A DNA stretch of 64,000 nt, from NCBI RefSeq assembly GCF_001194135.2, contig NC_068984.1, positions 130,354,794 to 130,418,793 on the forward strand, in the 5' to 3' direction. The notes under the pieces were generated by a model. The model had not been told where the DNA came from, ran no database searches, and saw only the letters and a program-made list of their open reading frames with translations. The position numbers and the translations under genes were made by a program. The stretch comes from Octopus bimaculoides. Its lineage: Eukaryota. Below are positions 11,801-23,771 of this stretch, one piece after another (positions within the stretch are counted from its first letter, which is position 1; every line of letters starts with the position of its first letter).

Positions 11801-12148
11801 CAGTGATTCTCAACCGTGTTTTTTTTAATTTTTTTTTTTTTTTTACCTATGGACCCCTTTTGATTATAATTTTATTCTGGTGAACTCCTGTAAGTCATTC
11901 GATGTTTAAAAGCTCGTTTTATAGATACTTCTTTCAAAATTCCTATTTTGATTTTCACCACATATTAACTTGTGTAATCCTGAAATATGTAAAATATCAA
12001 AGGAAGAAATTTGGCTGTTTCTGGTAATAAACACATCCAAATTACATTTTTTCATGGACCCTTGATATACTACTGTAGATCCCCAATTTACTGTTTTGCT
12101 TACATGGGCCCTGCAAAATCTTATATGGACCGCAGTTGAGAACCACTG
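11801..12148. mobile_element. hAT-type MITE
   Basis: TIRs CAGTGATTCTCAAC / GTTGAGAACCACTG. Homologous to 2826-3147. The TSD is decayed. Confidence 0.75.
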
Positions 12149-14357
12149 ATTTGGAACGATTCTCGATTTGACAAAGAATTGACTTAATTCTAATATTTGT
12201 AATTTGTTATGAAGCAATTTCCTTGAAGTGCTGTCGTGTAACATCAAAACATACAGTTAAACTGTTTTCATACTTTAGTTTCAAAACATAAAACAGCATG
12301 ACTTGAATTAAAATGTGAAGATATATACTTCTATGTAACAAGAAAAAGAGCACTTATATATATTTTTCTCTTGTTTAATTTTCCATTAAAATCCACAGAC
12401 TTTTGGTCAGCCTACCTCTTTTGTGAGACATTAAACTGATACTTCTTAATATCATTACTGACATTTCAAATTCTTGGGAAATTGCTTTCGTTATTTACCA
12501 GGATATCTTGAAAGATTTCATTCCTTCAGAAGACTGTATTAAAGAACTTTTTTTCATGTATTTTTATATTTTGTCCCAAATTGCCTTTTTGTTACTCTGA
12601 TAGCTAATGTAGGACTGATGTCAAGAAATCTGAGTATGATTCTCTTCACTAAGAGTGTCTTTAAATTAATATCTCTAAAATGTTCTCGTCCACACTTCAA
12701 CGTTACTTTTTGGTGGGGTAGCAAACAGCCTGACTCTTGTAGTTATATCATCATTTACTGTCCATTTTCCCATGCTTGCATGGTTCAGGCAGAGTTTGCT
12801 GAGGCAAATTTTCTATGGCCAGATGCCCTTCCTCTTACAACCCTCACCTTTTTCCAAGGTATGTGATATTTCCCATGGCAAGATGTTTTCATGGAAGATA
12901 AGAAATGAACATTACTGTTTTGCTTGCATGGACCACAGTTGAGAACCACTGATTTCATGGAAGATAAGAAATGAACATTACATTGTTTGTCAAGACAAGA
13001 ATACACATAAATATACATACACGCGCACGCTTTCAGTTTATCAAATCTGCTTCCAAAGCTTTGGTCTATAGGAGAAGGCACTTACACAGGATGCTACAAC
13101 GTGGGATTGAACCCAGGCCACATGATCAGGAAGCAAGTTTCTTAACCACACAGCCATTCCTTCGCCTTGCCCGTCTGCAAGTAAAATAAGATAGAATTTT
13201 TTTCTAAGTTCTGCCACTTGCACTTGTTTATTATTATTTTGCCTCTTCCTTGAGATTGGTCAGTTATTGCACGAAGAACTCTGTCAGTTCACATCTGCTG
13301 CAATCCTTATTCTTTCAGGGTCGGATGTGTTTCAGCTTAAATAGATAAAAGGAGTCTGTAATAGACTTGTGTTAGTCTACAGGTGCTTAGTCATCTCTTT
13401 CATCGGCCTTGTCAGATTTTATATACCAATTATCACTGGCAGTTTAATAAATCTAAGGGCATTAGTAATGTAAAGGGATTACTTACTACCAGTAACCATG
13501 GTTCTTTACTAGTAGTATATTGTCTTTAAATTTTATTTTAACTAAAAGATCTTAATAATTTCGGGACTGGGTGTGTATACACAAACACACAAATCCTCTT
13601 ATGGTTAATATATTATGCAGAAAATATCTGTCATACCAATTCTGTTTATAGAAATTATGCAAATCTGTTGCCAGTAATCACATTTGGTAATAAATTTTTC
13701 TTAGCGAGGAAACAGCATCTGTATAAGTGTATGTAATAGGTGTGCACATGCATTGGTGTATATGCAAACATAAGATGCTTCCCTGCCTTTCAATGAAATT
13801 TTAAAGAAAATTTATTACTTCATCTAGGATTACTTATCAAAAATTTGCATAATGTCTTCCAACATTTAGTATGACTTGAACTTTTCTGTTTAATATATTT
13901 AACCATAAAACACATTCCAAAACGATTTGGATAACAAACATAGTTCTTCAAATCTTCAGCTATAATATACATGACATTAAAAAGTTGTAATGGTAGGAAT
14001 ATTGAAAATATTCGCTGTGTGCTGGTGGCTAGTATTTAAAATGATCTTCATCACACAGTGTTTCCATCTTACATAAAGTTCCATTCTGAAAGAAATCGGA
14101 GAAAACTAAAGGGAAAATATGCTGATTTTAATGAAGCTATTTACATATAAAAATGTCTGATAAATGTGAAAAGACTTTTTTTTAAAAGTAATTTAGAAGT
14201 TTACTTCAAAAGTACAGTACCAGAAATACAAACATCAATGCCATTTATTCACTAACCATGCATGGACTTAATATAGGAAATCACTAGTTGTCAGTAGAAT
14301 GACTTCATAGTTAGTACCTGAAAGCTAGAATTATTTTTGCATACCTTAAAGCTGTTA

Positions 14358-14400
<43 letters not shown>

Positions 14401-14518
14401 GTCTTGCAAACAAGATTATCATGGAAAATCCATTTCTATGATTCTCCGATAATTTATGAAAATCTAAAATTTTCACCGGATATTGCAACTGCTAAAATAT
14501 TTTAGTGACTTGTCTGGG

Positions 14519-14549
<31 letters not shown>

Positions 14550-14734
14550 CTCGGGTGTAGGTGTGACTGGTTTGAAAAGCTTGCTTGGTCCCACTACATG
14601 GTACTTGAGCTTTTTTCAGTTTCCATCTACCAAATCTACTCACAAGAACCCAAGGTGTCACACTGTAACACTGAATCCAGAACCATCATCATCATCAATT
14701 AGCAGCTGTTGTCCATGCTGGCGTGGGTTGCAAA

Positions 14735-15630
14735 AAAATTTCAAGTACTGCGCTACATGCCTCCAAACTGGCATACACGGGACCTGGAGGTACTGCAATC
14801 CCAGAACGACAAACAGTAAGAGACCTGGGCATCAACATGTGTAGTGATGCATCATTTCACATGCACAATGTCAAGTTGACAGCAAAGTGCAGACAATTGG
14901 CAGGGTGGATACTGAAGACATTCCGTACAAGGGATTAAAAAGTCATGTTGACTTTATGGAAGACATTTGTTCTGAGCCGCCTAGACTATTCCTCTCAGTT
15001 GTGGTCACCACACAGTGTCAAGCGGACAGCAGAACTCGAGGCAATTCAGTGTCACTATACAAAAAAGATCGCCACAGTCCAACAGATGAACTACAGGGAG
15101 CGACTGAAGGCACTAGGTCTCTATTCCCTGGAGCGCAGGTGGGAGAGATATGTAATAATATACATATAGAAAATACTGGAAGGACTGGTGCCAAACTTTG
15201 GCATCAAGTACTACAAGAATGCCCGCACAGGTCGCCACTGCATGGTACCAAAGGTGCCGTACACTGCATCTCACATAAGAATGAGGTGCTGCAACAGCCT
15301 CGGTTTCAGAGGGCCTCAGCCCTTTAATACCCTGCCAAGACATTTGAGAGACCTTCAAAACATGGATATAGAGGTCTTCAAGACAAAACTCGACGCTTTC
15401 CTCGCCACGATACCAGATGAACCAATGGCTCGAAATGAGACACAGTTTAGGGCAGCGATGTCAAATTCTCTTATACACCAGATGTGCCATCAAAACTCTT
15501 GATTGGACTATATCAGGTGGAGGAGAAGAGCCATGCAAGGAACGTGAAGAGAGCACAGCATAAAGACGGAAAGTCACGGTGGTGCTCCAGCATGACCACA
15601 GCCACTTGGCTGAAACCCATAAATAAATAA
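14735..15630 (+). mobile_element. CR1-clade LINE, 5'-truncated: RT C-terminus and 3' UTR
   Basis: Translates, with stops, as KFQVLRY..VRDLGI..LAGWILKTFRTRD*KVMLTLWKTFVLSRLDYSSQLWSP..LEAIQ..YRERLKALGLYSLERRWERY..FKTKLDAFL, which are typical CR1/L2 ORF2 C-terminal motifs. Ends in a tail followed by AATAAATAAG. Confidence 0.85.
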
Positions 15631-15807
15631 GTATATATATATGTAGATATATATATGTGTGTAGATATATATATGTGTGTATATATATATATGTGTGTAT
15701 ATATATANNNNNNNNNNNNNNNNNNNNNNNNNNNNNNNNNNNNNNNNNNNNNNNNNNNNNNNNNNNNNNNNNNNNNNNNNNNNNNNNNNNNNNNNNNNNN
15801 NNNNNNN

Positions 15808-15849
<42 letters not shown>

Positions 15850-15850
15850 A

Positions 15851-16750
15851 GTTAAAATGGTTCTTCCCATGGACCACAACTTGAAGTTGTACCATGGAGG
15901 AATGTAGTGGCGGACTGAAAACAAGACAGTAGAATACACAGAAAAGGCTATATGGCCAGACGTGAAAAAATGTGTGTATATTGAATGCTGTGAAGCAACA
16001 AAGTGGAAGGAAGAGGGACGAAGAATTGTTCATGTGCCTAATTGACGATAGCCAAGGAAGAAAGGCAGTAGGGCCGGACACATGTGTCCAGCGAGGGGTA
16101 AGGAGAAAGAGTGGTAGAGTTAGAAAAAAGGGGAGGAAGTAGAAAATAGGTGAGCAAAGAGAGATAGGGAGGAAGAGAGAGATATAGTAGTAACAGATGG
16201 AAGAACGAGAGGGGGAAAAAAGATACAAAGATAGATAGAGTTGCGTCAGAAATATAAAGTTTAAAACTTACTTGCAGGGAAGAAGCGTGCGTTCGATCAT
16301 GTAATATAAATAATAAATGAGTATATGCATATATACGTACGTGTACATTGCAAACAAATCGTAGTCAAAATGATAAGCAGAATACAGAAAACACACAGGC
16401 CACATAGAGAACATTCCCTTCATCAGGTGCCACCATTCTAACACTGGCATTTCGACAACTTAGGGCTGGACGCATCATTAAAATGTCTCTTCCCACGGGC
16501 CACAAATTTAATTTGTACAATGGAGGAATGTAGTGGCGGACAGAAAACAAGACAGGAAAATGAAACAGTAGAATAAACAGAAAAGGCTATATGGCCAGAC
16601 TTGAAAAAATATGTGTATATTGAATGCTGTGAAGCAACGAACTGGAAGGAAGCGGGATGAAGAATAGTTTGTCTGCGTACTTGACGATAGCCAAGGAAAT
16701 AGGGCTGGACATATGTGACCAGCGAGGGGTAAGGAGAAAGAGTGATAGAG
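15851..16750. repeat. Two diverged ~270-nt direct repeats (15851-16120, 16478-16750); possibly a Penelope-like pLTR partial tandem
   Basis: The copies share blocks such as ATGGAGGAATGTAGTGGCGGAC, GAAAAGGCTATATGGCCAGAC and CCAGCGAGGGGTAAGGAGAAAGAGTG. The family assignment is inference only. Confidence 0.6.
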
Positions 16751-17297
16751 GGAGAAACTCTGCTTGTGAAGAGCTGTTGGGGCAAGTGAAATCGAAATCC
16801 TAATTGAACCATACTCGATGAGTGGTACCTGCGCCAGTGGAGCACTAACAGCACTGTCCAAGCGTGTTCATTGCCAGTGCAGCTGTCTGGCTTCCATGCT
16901 TGTGGCCTGTAAATAGCACCATTTGAGCGTAGTTGTTACCAGCATTGCCTTCTAGCACTTGTGCTGGTGGCACATTAGAAAATCATGCAAGCAAGGTCGT
17001 TGCCAGTGCCGCTGGACTGGCTGCCGTGCAGGATGAACGTAGAAAACACCTTTTGAGCGTGGCCATTGCCAGCACCGTGTGACTGGACCTCGTGCCGGTG
17101 ACACATACAAGCACCCACTACACTCAGAGCGAATGGCATTAGGAAGGGCATCTAGCTATAGTAACTCTGCCAAATTGGATTGGAGCCTGGTGCAGCCTTC
17201 TGGCTTGCCAGTCCTCATTAAAATCGTCCAGCCCATGTTACCATGGAAAGCGGATGTTAAACGATGATATATATATGTATATATATATATATACGTA

Positions 17298-17370
<73 letters not shown>

Positions 17371-17433
17371 GTATGTATATATTTGTATGTATATTTGTAT
17401 GTATATACGTATGTATAAATATATATGTATATA

Positions 17434-17472
<39 letters not shown>

Positions 17473-17909
17473 GCGTGTATATATATATACATATATGTGT
17501 ATATATATTTATGTATATATGTATTTATATGTGTTTATATATATGTATATATATATATATATATATTTATTTAAAATACAGAGATCCCTATAATAGAACA
17601 TCTAACCCGCTAGAAAGAGCAGCAAAAAAACTCTGTACCACCCTATGATTTATTAATGTATATATATATATATATGCATGTATATACATATATAAGTTCA
17701 AAAAACAACGTGAGTACATGATGCGGATAGTGTTTCTGGACACTCGGGAAAGGAAAGAGAGAGTATACATATATATGTATATATGTGTGTTTATATATAT
17801 ATATATATGTATCTATATATACGCATGTGTATATATGTATGTATATGTACGTATATATACGTATATACATATGTACATACTTGTGTGTGTGTATATATAT
17901 ATATATATT

Positions 17910-18240
17910 TGACTGATCGAGCAGGCCCAACTATGTGAAGGGATTTGTGGGAACCTGTGGTAGAGGTAGACCCAGGAAGATCTGGAATGAGGTTGTGATC
18001 TTTGAACATTAGTCCTCACTAAGGCATTGCCTAGTGACCGTGACCTTTCGAAATATGCCATGCGTGAGAAGATCCGGAATGCCAAGTGAGACCAAAATCT
18101 GTAGCCTATATCATGGGTGTAACCAGCCCACATATGCGTACTTTTCCTTCATTGAACACTAAACTATGCTTGCAATGAACTGCTGAGGAAAGTGAAATTG
18201 TATGGAAAGCGGACGTAAAACGTCGATGATGATGATGATA
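17910..18240 (+). mobile_element. RTE LINE 3' end fragment
   Basis: Encodes GTCGRGRPRKIWNEVV, followed by 3' UTR and GCGGACGTAAAACG(TC)GATGATGATG tail. Confidence 0.7.
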
Positions 18241-18316
18241 TGTATATATGCACATATATATACATATGTATATATGTATACACATATATATACATTTAAA
18301 TATATATATATTCATT

Positions 18317-18351
<35 letters not shown>

Positions 18352-18428
18352 ATTTTTATATACATACATATATATTTACATATATATATACGTACGTATA
18401 TATGTTTATATACATATACATACGTATA

Positions 18429-18477
<49 letters not shown>

Positions 18478-18619
18478 NNNNNNNNNNAAAGTGTAGTATA
18501 TTGCTACTCGTACTACACTTTATCGTGCAGTTACTGTTAATACTTGATTTAGAGAATTAACATTGCTTATATATATATATACGTACATATATGTATATAC
18601 ATGTATATATAGGATATAC

Positions 18620-19385
18620 GAACAGCCATGCTACATGGCAGTGAAACATGGGCTGTAACTGCTGAGGACATGCGTAAGCTCGCAAGGAATGAAGCCAGTA
18701 TTCTCCGTTGGATGTGTAATGTCAATGTGAATACCCGTCAGAGTGTAAGTATCTTGAGAGAAAAGCTGAACATTAGAAGCATCAGTTGTGGTGTGCAAGA
18801 GAGACGATTGCGCTGGTATGGACATGTGGTGAGAATGGATGAGGATAGCTGCCTGAAAAAGTGCCACATCCTAACAGTTGAGGGAACCTGTGGAAGAGGT
18901 AGGCCCAGGAAGACCTGGGATGAGGTGGTGAGGCNNNNNNNNNNNNNNNNNNNNNNNNNNNNNNNNNNNNNNNNNNNNNNNNNNNNNNNNNNNNNNNNNN
19001 NNNNNNNNNNNNNNNNNNNNNNNNNNNNNNNNNNNNNNNNNNNNNNNNNNNNNNNNNNNNNNNNNNNNNNNNNNNGACTGGCCTTCGTAGGATTTTCGAG
19101 CGAGATCATTGCCAGTGCCCCTGGACTGGCTTGTGTGGGTGGCACATAAAAGACACCATTTCGAGCGTGGCCGTTGCCAGTATCGCCTGACTGGCCTTCG
19201 TGCAGGTGACACGTAAAAGCACCTACTACACTCTCTGAGTGGTTGGCATTAGGAAGGGCATCCAGCTGTAGAAATTCTGCCAAATTTAGATTGGAGCCTG
19301 GTGTTGCCATCCGATTTCACCAGTCCTCAGTCAAATCGTCCAACCCATGCTAGCATGGAAAGTGGACGTTAAACGATGATGATGA
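18620..19385 (+). mobile_element. RTE-clade LINE, RT C-terminus plus 3' UTR (gap inside)
   Basis: MLHGSETWAVT..RNEASILRWMCNV..ERRLRWYGHVVRMDEDS..GRGRPRKTWDEVV is the RTE C-terminal signature. After the gap comes the 3' UTR and the (GAT)n tail. Confidence 0.88.
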
Positions 19386-19719
19386 TACCTATATATATAT
19401 ACATGAAAAGCCATATACATACACGTGTATGTATATATATATATATGTATATATATATACTCATATGTATATATATATGTACTTACATACATATGTATAT
19501 ATATATACACATATATATATGCACATATACATACTTGTATATATATATATGTATACATACGTATATATATATATATGTATGTATATATATCTATGTATAT
19601 ACATATACGTATATATATGTGTATACGTATGTATATATATGTATATACATATATATGCGTATGTATGTATGTATATGCATATATATACGTATGTATATAT
19701 ACATGTATATACATATGTA

Positions 19720-19795
<76 letters not shown>

Positions 19796-20046
19796 NNNNN
19801 NNNNNNNNNNNNNNNNNNNNNNNNNNNNNNNNNNNNNNNNNNNNNNNNNNNNNNNNNNNNNNNNNNNNNNNNNNNNNNNNNNNNNNNNNNNNNNNNNNNN
19901 NNNNNNNNNNNNNNNNNNNNNNNNNNNNNNNNNNNNNNNNNNNNNNNNNNNNNNNNNNNNNNNNNNNNNNNNNNNNNNNNNNNNNNNNNNNNNNNNNNNN
20001 NNNNNNNNNNNNNNNNNNNNNNNNNNNNNNNNNNNNNNNNNNNNNN

Positions 20047-20637
20047 ATTATTTCATTGCACTCTTGCAATCTCTTCAGTAACTTGTCTCTCCACTTCCAT
20101 TTATTTTGAATATATGATCTGGCGTTGTTTCGAAACTGTTTGGTATGAGCATGTGAGTGTGTGCAAGCTCGTATGTGTGCACGCTCATGTGTTCGTGCTT
20201 ATATGTAAGTATGTGCGTCCATATGTGTGTTTGTAACAATTTCGTTTATATCAGATCATATAGAGACTTTTTAATTAAGAAGTTTGGCTGAGCGTGTAAA
20301 CGAACATTGGAGGGACTATAATAATCAAAAACAAAACTCGGTGCTCTACCAGCATGCCAAAGAACAACATGGTGGTGTACTGGACAGAATTTTGTCGCAA
20401 CGATGCGTCACCGGGGTGTCTGGACAGGATTTCTATGTTAATTCTGGACGCACATACTTACATATAAGCACGAACACATAAGTGCGTGCACACATACGAG
20501 CTTGCACACACTCACATGCTCATACCAAACAGTTTCGAAACAACGCCAAAACAACGCCAGATCATATATTCGAAATAAATGGAAGTGGAGAGACAAGTTA
20601 CTGAAGAGATTGCAAGAGTGCAATGAAATAATTTAAC
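20047..20637 (+). mobile_element. Penelope-like element remnant with inverted ~175-nt arms (20047-20221 / 20445-20632)
   Basis: The arms are reverse complements differing by about 2 substitutions, a 2-nt insertion and an 11-nt tandem duplication. The spacer encodes LAERVNEHWRDYNNQKQNSVLYQHAKEQHGG, resembling a GIY-YIG endonuclease C-terminal half. The arm ends carry a hammerhead-like core. Confidence 0.65.
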
Positions 20638-21539
20638 AAAAAACTATATAAATTAATAAAGGACTGAACCAGTGCGTGTGTTTATTACCGGCATAATGCC
20701 TCTCCCAAGGTTTAATTGTATTTCTTTCAACACACGTATCCACATCAAGAATCTTGCACACGAAATACACATACTCCATATATATATATATATCCATATA
20801 TATATATAGACATAGAAATACATCATATTCGTTTAACGTCCGCCTTCCATGCTAGCAGGGGATGGATGATTTGGCTGAGGACTGGCGAACCAGATGGGTA
20901 CACCAAGCTCCAATCTGATTTGGCAGAGTTTTTAGAGCTGGATGCCCTTCCTTACGTCAACCACTCCGGGAGTTTAGTTGGTGCTTTTAGGTGCCACTGG
21001 CGCAAAGGCCTGTGAGGCCTCGCTCGAACGTTTTCCATGTGCCACCGGCACAATGCCAGCAGGTTGACGCTAGTAACGATCACACTCAAATGATGCTATT
21101 TACATGCCACTAGCATGTAATCTAGAAAGCTGCTCTTGCATTGATCATGCTCAGACGGTGCTCTCAGTTCTCCACTGGTACAGGTGCCATCACGATTTCG
21201 ATTTCACTTCCTTGCAAGCCGAGTTTAGTTTCCAATGAAGAAAAAATTTGCATGGGTGTTAGTCTTCGAATTTGGTTAGATTTCGATTTCACTTGCCTCA
21301 ACAGGTACGTATATAAGTATACATATATATACATACCCGTTTAAATATACACATATGTATATGCATATAAATATATCCACATGTATATGTATTTCTATGT
21401 GTGTTTATGTATATATATATGTATACATACATTTATATATATATATGTAACGATATATATACATATATATAGATCGTTTATCGTTTAACGTCCGCTTTCC
21501 ATGCCAGCATGGGTTGGACCCTAGCATGGGTTGGACAAT

Positions 21540-21599
<60 letters not shown>

Positions 21600-21851
21600 G
21601 TATATAGGTATATATACATCTATATATATGTATACTTATATACGTTTGTATGAATATAATTTTATATATACATGCATTTATATATGTGTATATATAGATA
21701 TGTGTGTGCATTTTTCAGTATGCATATTCGCACACACAAACACAGATTTTCCCACTTTGTAACTACAACTCAGAACTGCACTCGTGCTGTGCCATTGCCA
21801 TTCTGCTACACTATTCCGATTGAAGGGTCACCTGTCATATCAGTTTGCTGT

Positions 21852-22175
21852 CATCATCATCATCATCATCGTTTAACGTCCGCTTTCCATGCTAGCATGG
21901 GTTGGACGATTTGACTGAGGACTGGTGAAACCGGATGGCAACACCAGGCTCCAGTCTGATTTGGCAGAGTTTCTACAGCTGGATGCCCTTCCTAACGCCA
22001 ACCACTCAGAGTGTAGTGGGTGCTTTTACGTGTCACCCGCACGAAAACGGCCACGCTCGAAATGGTGTCTTTTATGTGCCACCCGCACAAGCCAGTCCAG
22101 GGGCACTGGCAACGATCTCGCTCGAAAATCCTACAGGAGCCAGTCAGGCGGTACTGGCAACGGCATCAATTTCGA
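21852..22175 (-). mobile_element. Young RTE 3' UTR copy (minus strand)
   Basis: (CAT)n-CGTTTAACGTCCGCTTTCCATGCTAGCATGGG... is near identical to the reverse complement of 23455-23771 and to 26590-26940. Further copies lie at 16790-17270(+), 20820-21300(-) and 24440-24790(+). Confidence 0.8.
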
Positions 22176-22179
22176 TCTC

Positions 22180-22655
22180 TTTCTTTGAGGTAGGTTCATC
22201 TGGGACTTTCGACACGAAGAGGTCCAGTTGTGCTTTGTAAACAAGTATATCCTCTTTGTGTAAAGTGTAGGTCCATGAAACAGGCTGTTGCAATACCTGG
22301 TCTTGAAGCACAATGGCATTGCTGGTATCTTTGGCACTGCGCAGTGTCGACCCATTCTGGCAATGGTGTAGTTTCCGATACCAGAATTTGGCACAATTCC
22401 CTCCAGTATCTTCCAGATGTAGATTACTGCATACGTCTCACACCTTTGCTGCCGGGAGTGGAGTCATAGCTGATTCAGCCTTCCCCAATACCTGAGCTGT
22501 TTCAATAAGACGATCTTTGTGAAGCCTCACTGGGAGCAGTAATCCAGGAAGCTGAGGACATATGTCCTCCAGGCACATCATGGTTTCCTTCTCTCTGCCT
22601 ATGAAAACTCTCAGGATCCATTCAGCCAGTCGTCTGTATATATACAATCTCATTC
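22180..22655 (-). mobile_element. CR1-clade LINE fragment (same family as 14735-15630)
   Basis: Minus-strand RRLAEWILRVF and PNSGIGNYTIARMGRHCAVPKIP..RYCNSLFHGP align to PNFGIKYYKNARTGRHCMVPKVP..RCCNSLGFRGP at 15188. Confidence 0.78.
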
Positions 22656-22659
22656 CAGG

Positions 22660-23771
22660 GAGAAAAACTAGAGGTAGTTGATAGCTTCCGCTATCTGGGT
22701 GACCAAGTTAGTAGTTGGGGTGGGTGTGCTGAAAGTGTAACTGCTAGAATAAGAATAGCCTGGGCCAAGTTTAGAGAGCTCTTACCTCTGCTGGCGACAA
22801 AGGGACTCTCACTCAGAGTAAAAGGCAGACTGTATGACGCATGTGTACGAACAACCATGCTACATGGCAGTGAAACATGGGCTGTGACTGCTGAGGACGT
22901 GTAAGCTCGCAAGGAATGAAGCCAGTATGCTCCACTGGATGTGTAATGTAAATGTGCATACCCGTCAGAGTGTAAGTATCTTGAGAGNNNNNNNNNNNNN
23001 NNNNNNNNNNNNNNNNNNNNNNNNNNNNNNNNNNNNNNNNNNNNNNNNNNNNNNNNNNNNNNNNNNNNNNNNNNNNNNNNNNNNNNNNNNNNNNNNNNNN
23101 NNNNNNNNNNNNNNNNNNNNNNNNNNNNNNNNNNNNNNNNNNNNNNNNNNNNNNNNNNNNNNNNNNNNNNNNNNNNNNNNNNNNNNNNNNNNNNNNNNNN
23201 NNNNNNNNNNNNNNNNNNNNNNNNNNNNNNNNNNNNNNNNNNNNNNNNNNNNNNNNNNNNNNNNNNNNNNNNNNNNNNNNNNNNNNNNNNNNNNNNNNNN
23301 NNNNNNNNNNNNNNNNNNNNNNNNNNNNNNNNNNNNNNNNNNNNNNNNNNNNNNNNNNNNNNNNNNNNNNNNNNNNNNNNNNNNNNNNNNNNNNNNNNNN
23401 NNNNNNNNNNNNNGGCTCTTGTGCGGGTGGCACATAAGATGTACCATCCTGAGCGTGACCGTTGCCAGTACCGCCTGACTGGCCTTGTAGGGTTTTCGAG
23501 CGAGATTGTTGCCAGTGCCCCTGGACTGGCTCTTGTGCGGGTGGCACATAAAAGACACCATTTCGAGCGTGGCCATTTTCGTGCGGGTGACACGTAAAAG
23601 CACCCACTACACTCTCTGAGTGGTTGGCGTTAGGAAGGGCATCCAGCTGTAGAAACTCTGCCAAATTAGATTGGAGCCTGGTGTAGCCATCCGGTTGCAC
23701 CAGTCCTCAGTCAAATCGTCCAACCCATGCTAGCATGGAAAGCGGACGTTAAACGATGATGATGATGATGA
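22660..23771 (+). mobile_element. RTE-clade LINE, 5'-truncated RT C-terminus plus 3' UTR (gap inside)
   Basis: GEKLEVVDSFRYLGDQV..ARIRIAWAKFRELLPLLATKGLSLRVKGRLYDACVRTTMLHGSETW. After the gap come the 3' UTR subrepeats and the (GAT)n tail. Confidence 0.88.

Noticed and set aside
16400-16430. Minus-strand CTGATGA that could start a hammerhead in the direct-repeat unit
   Set aside because: No correctly placed GAAA or stem III follows.
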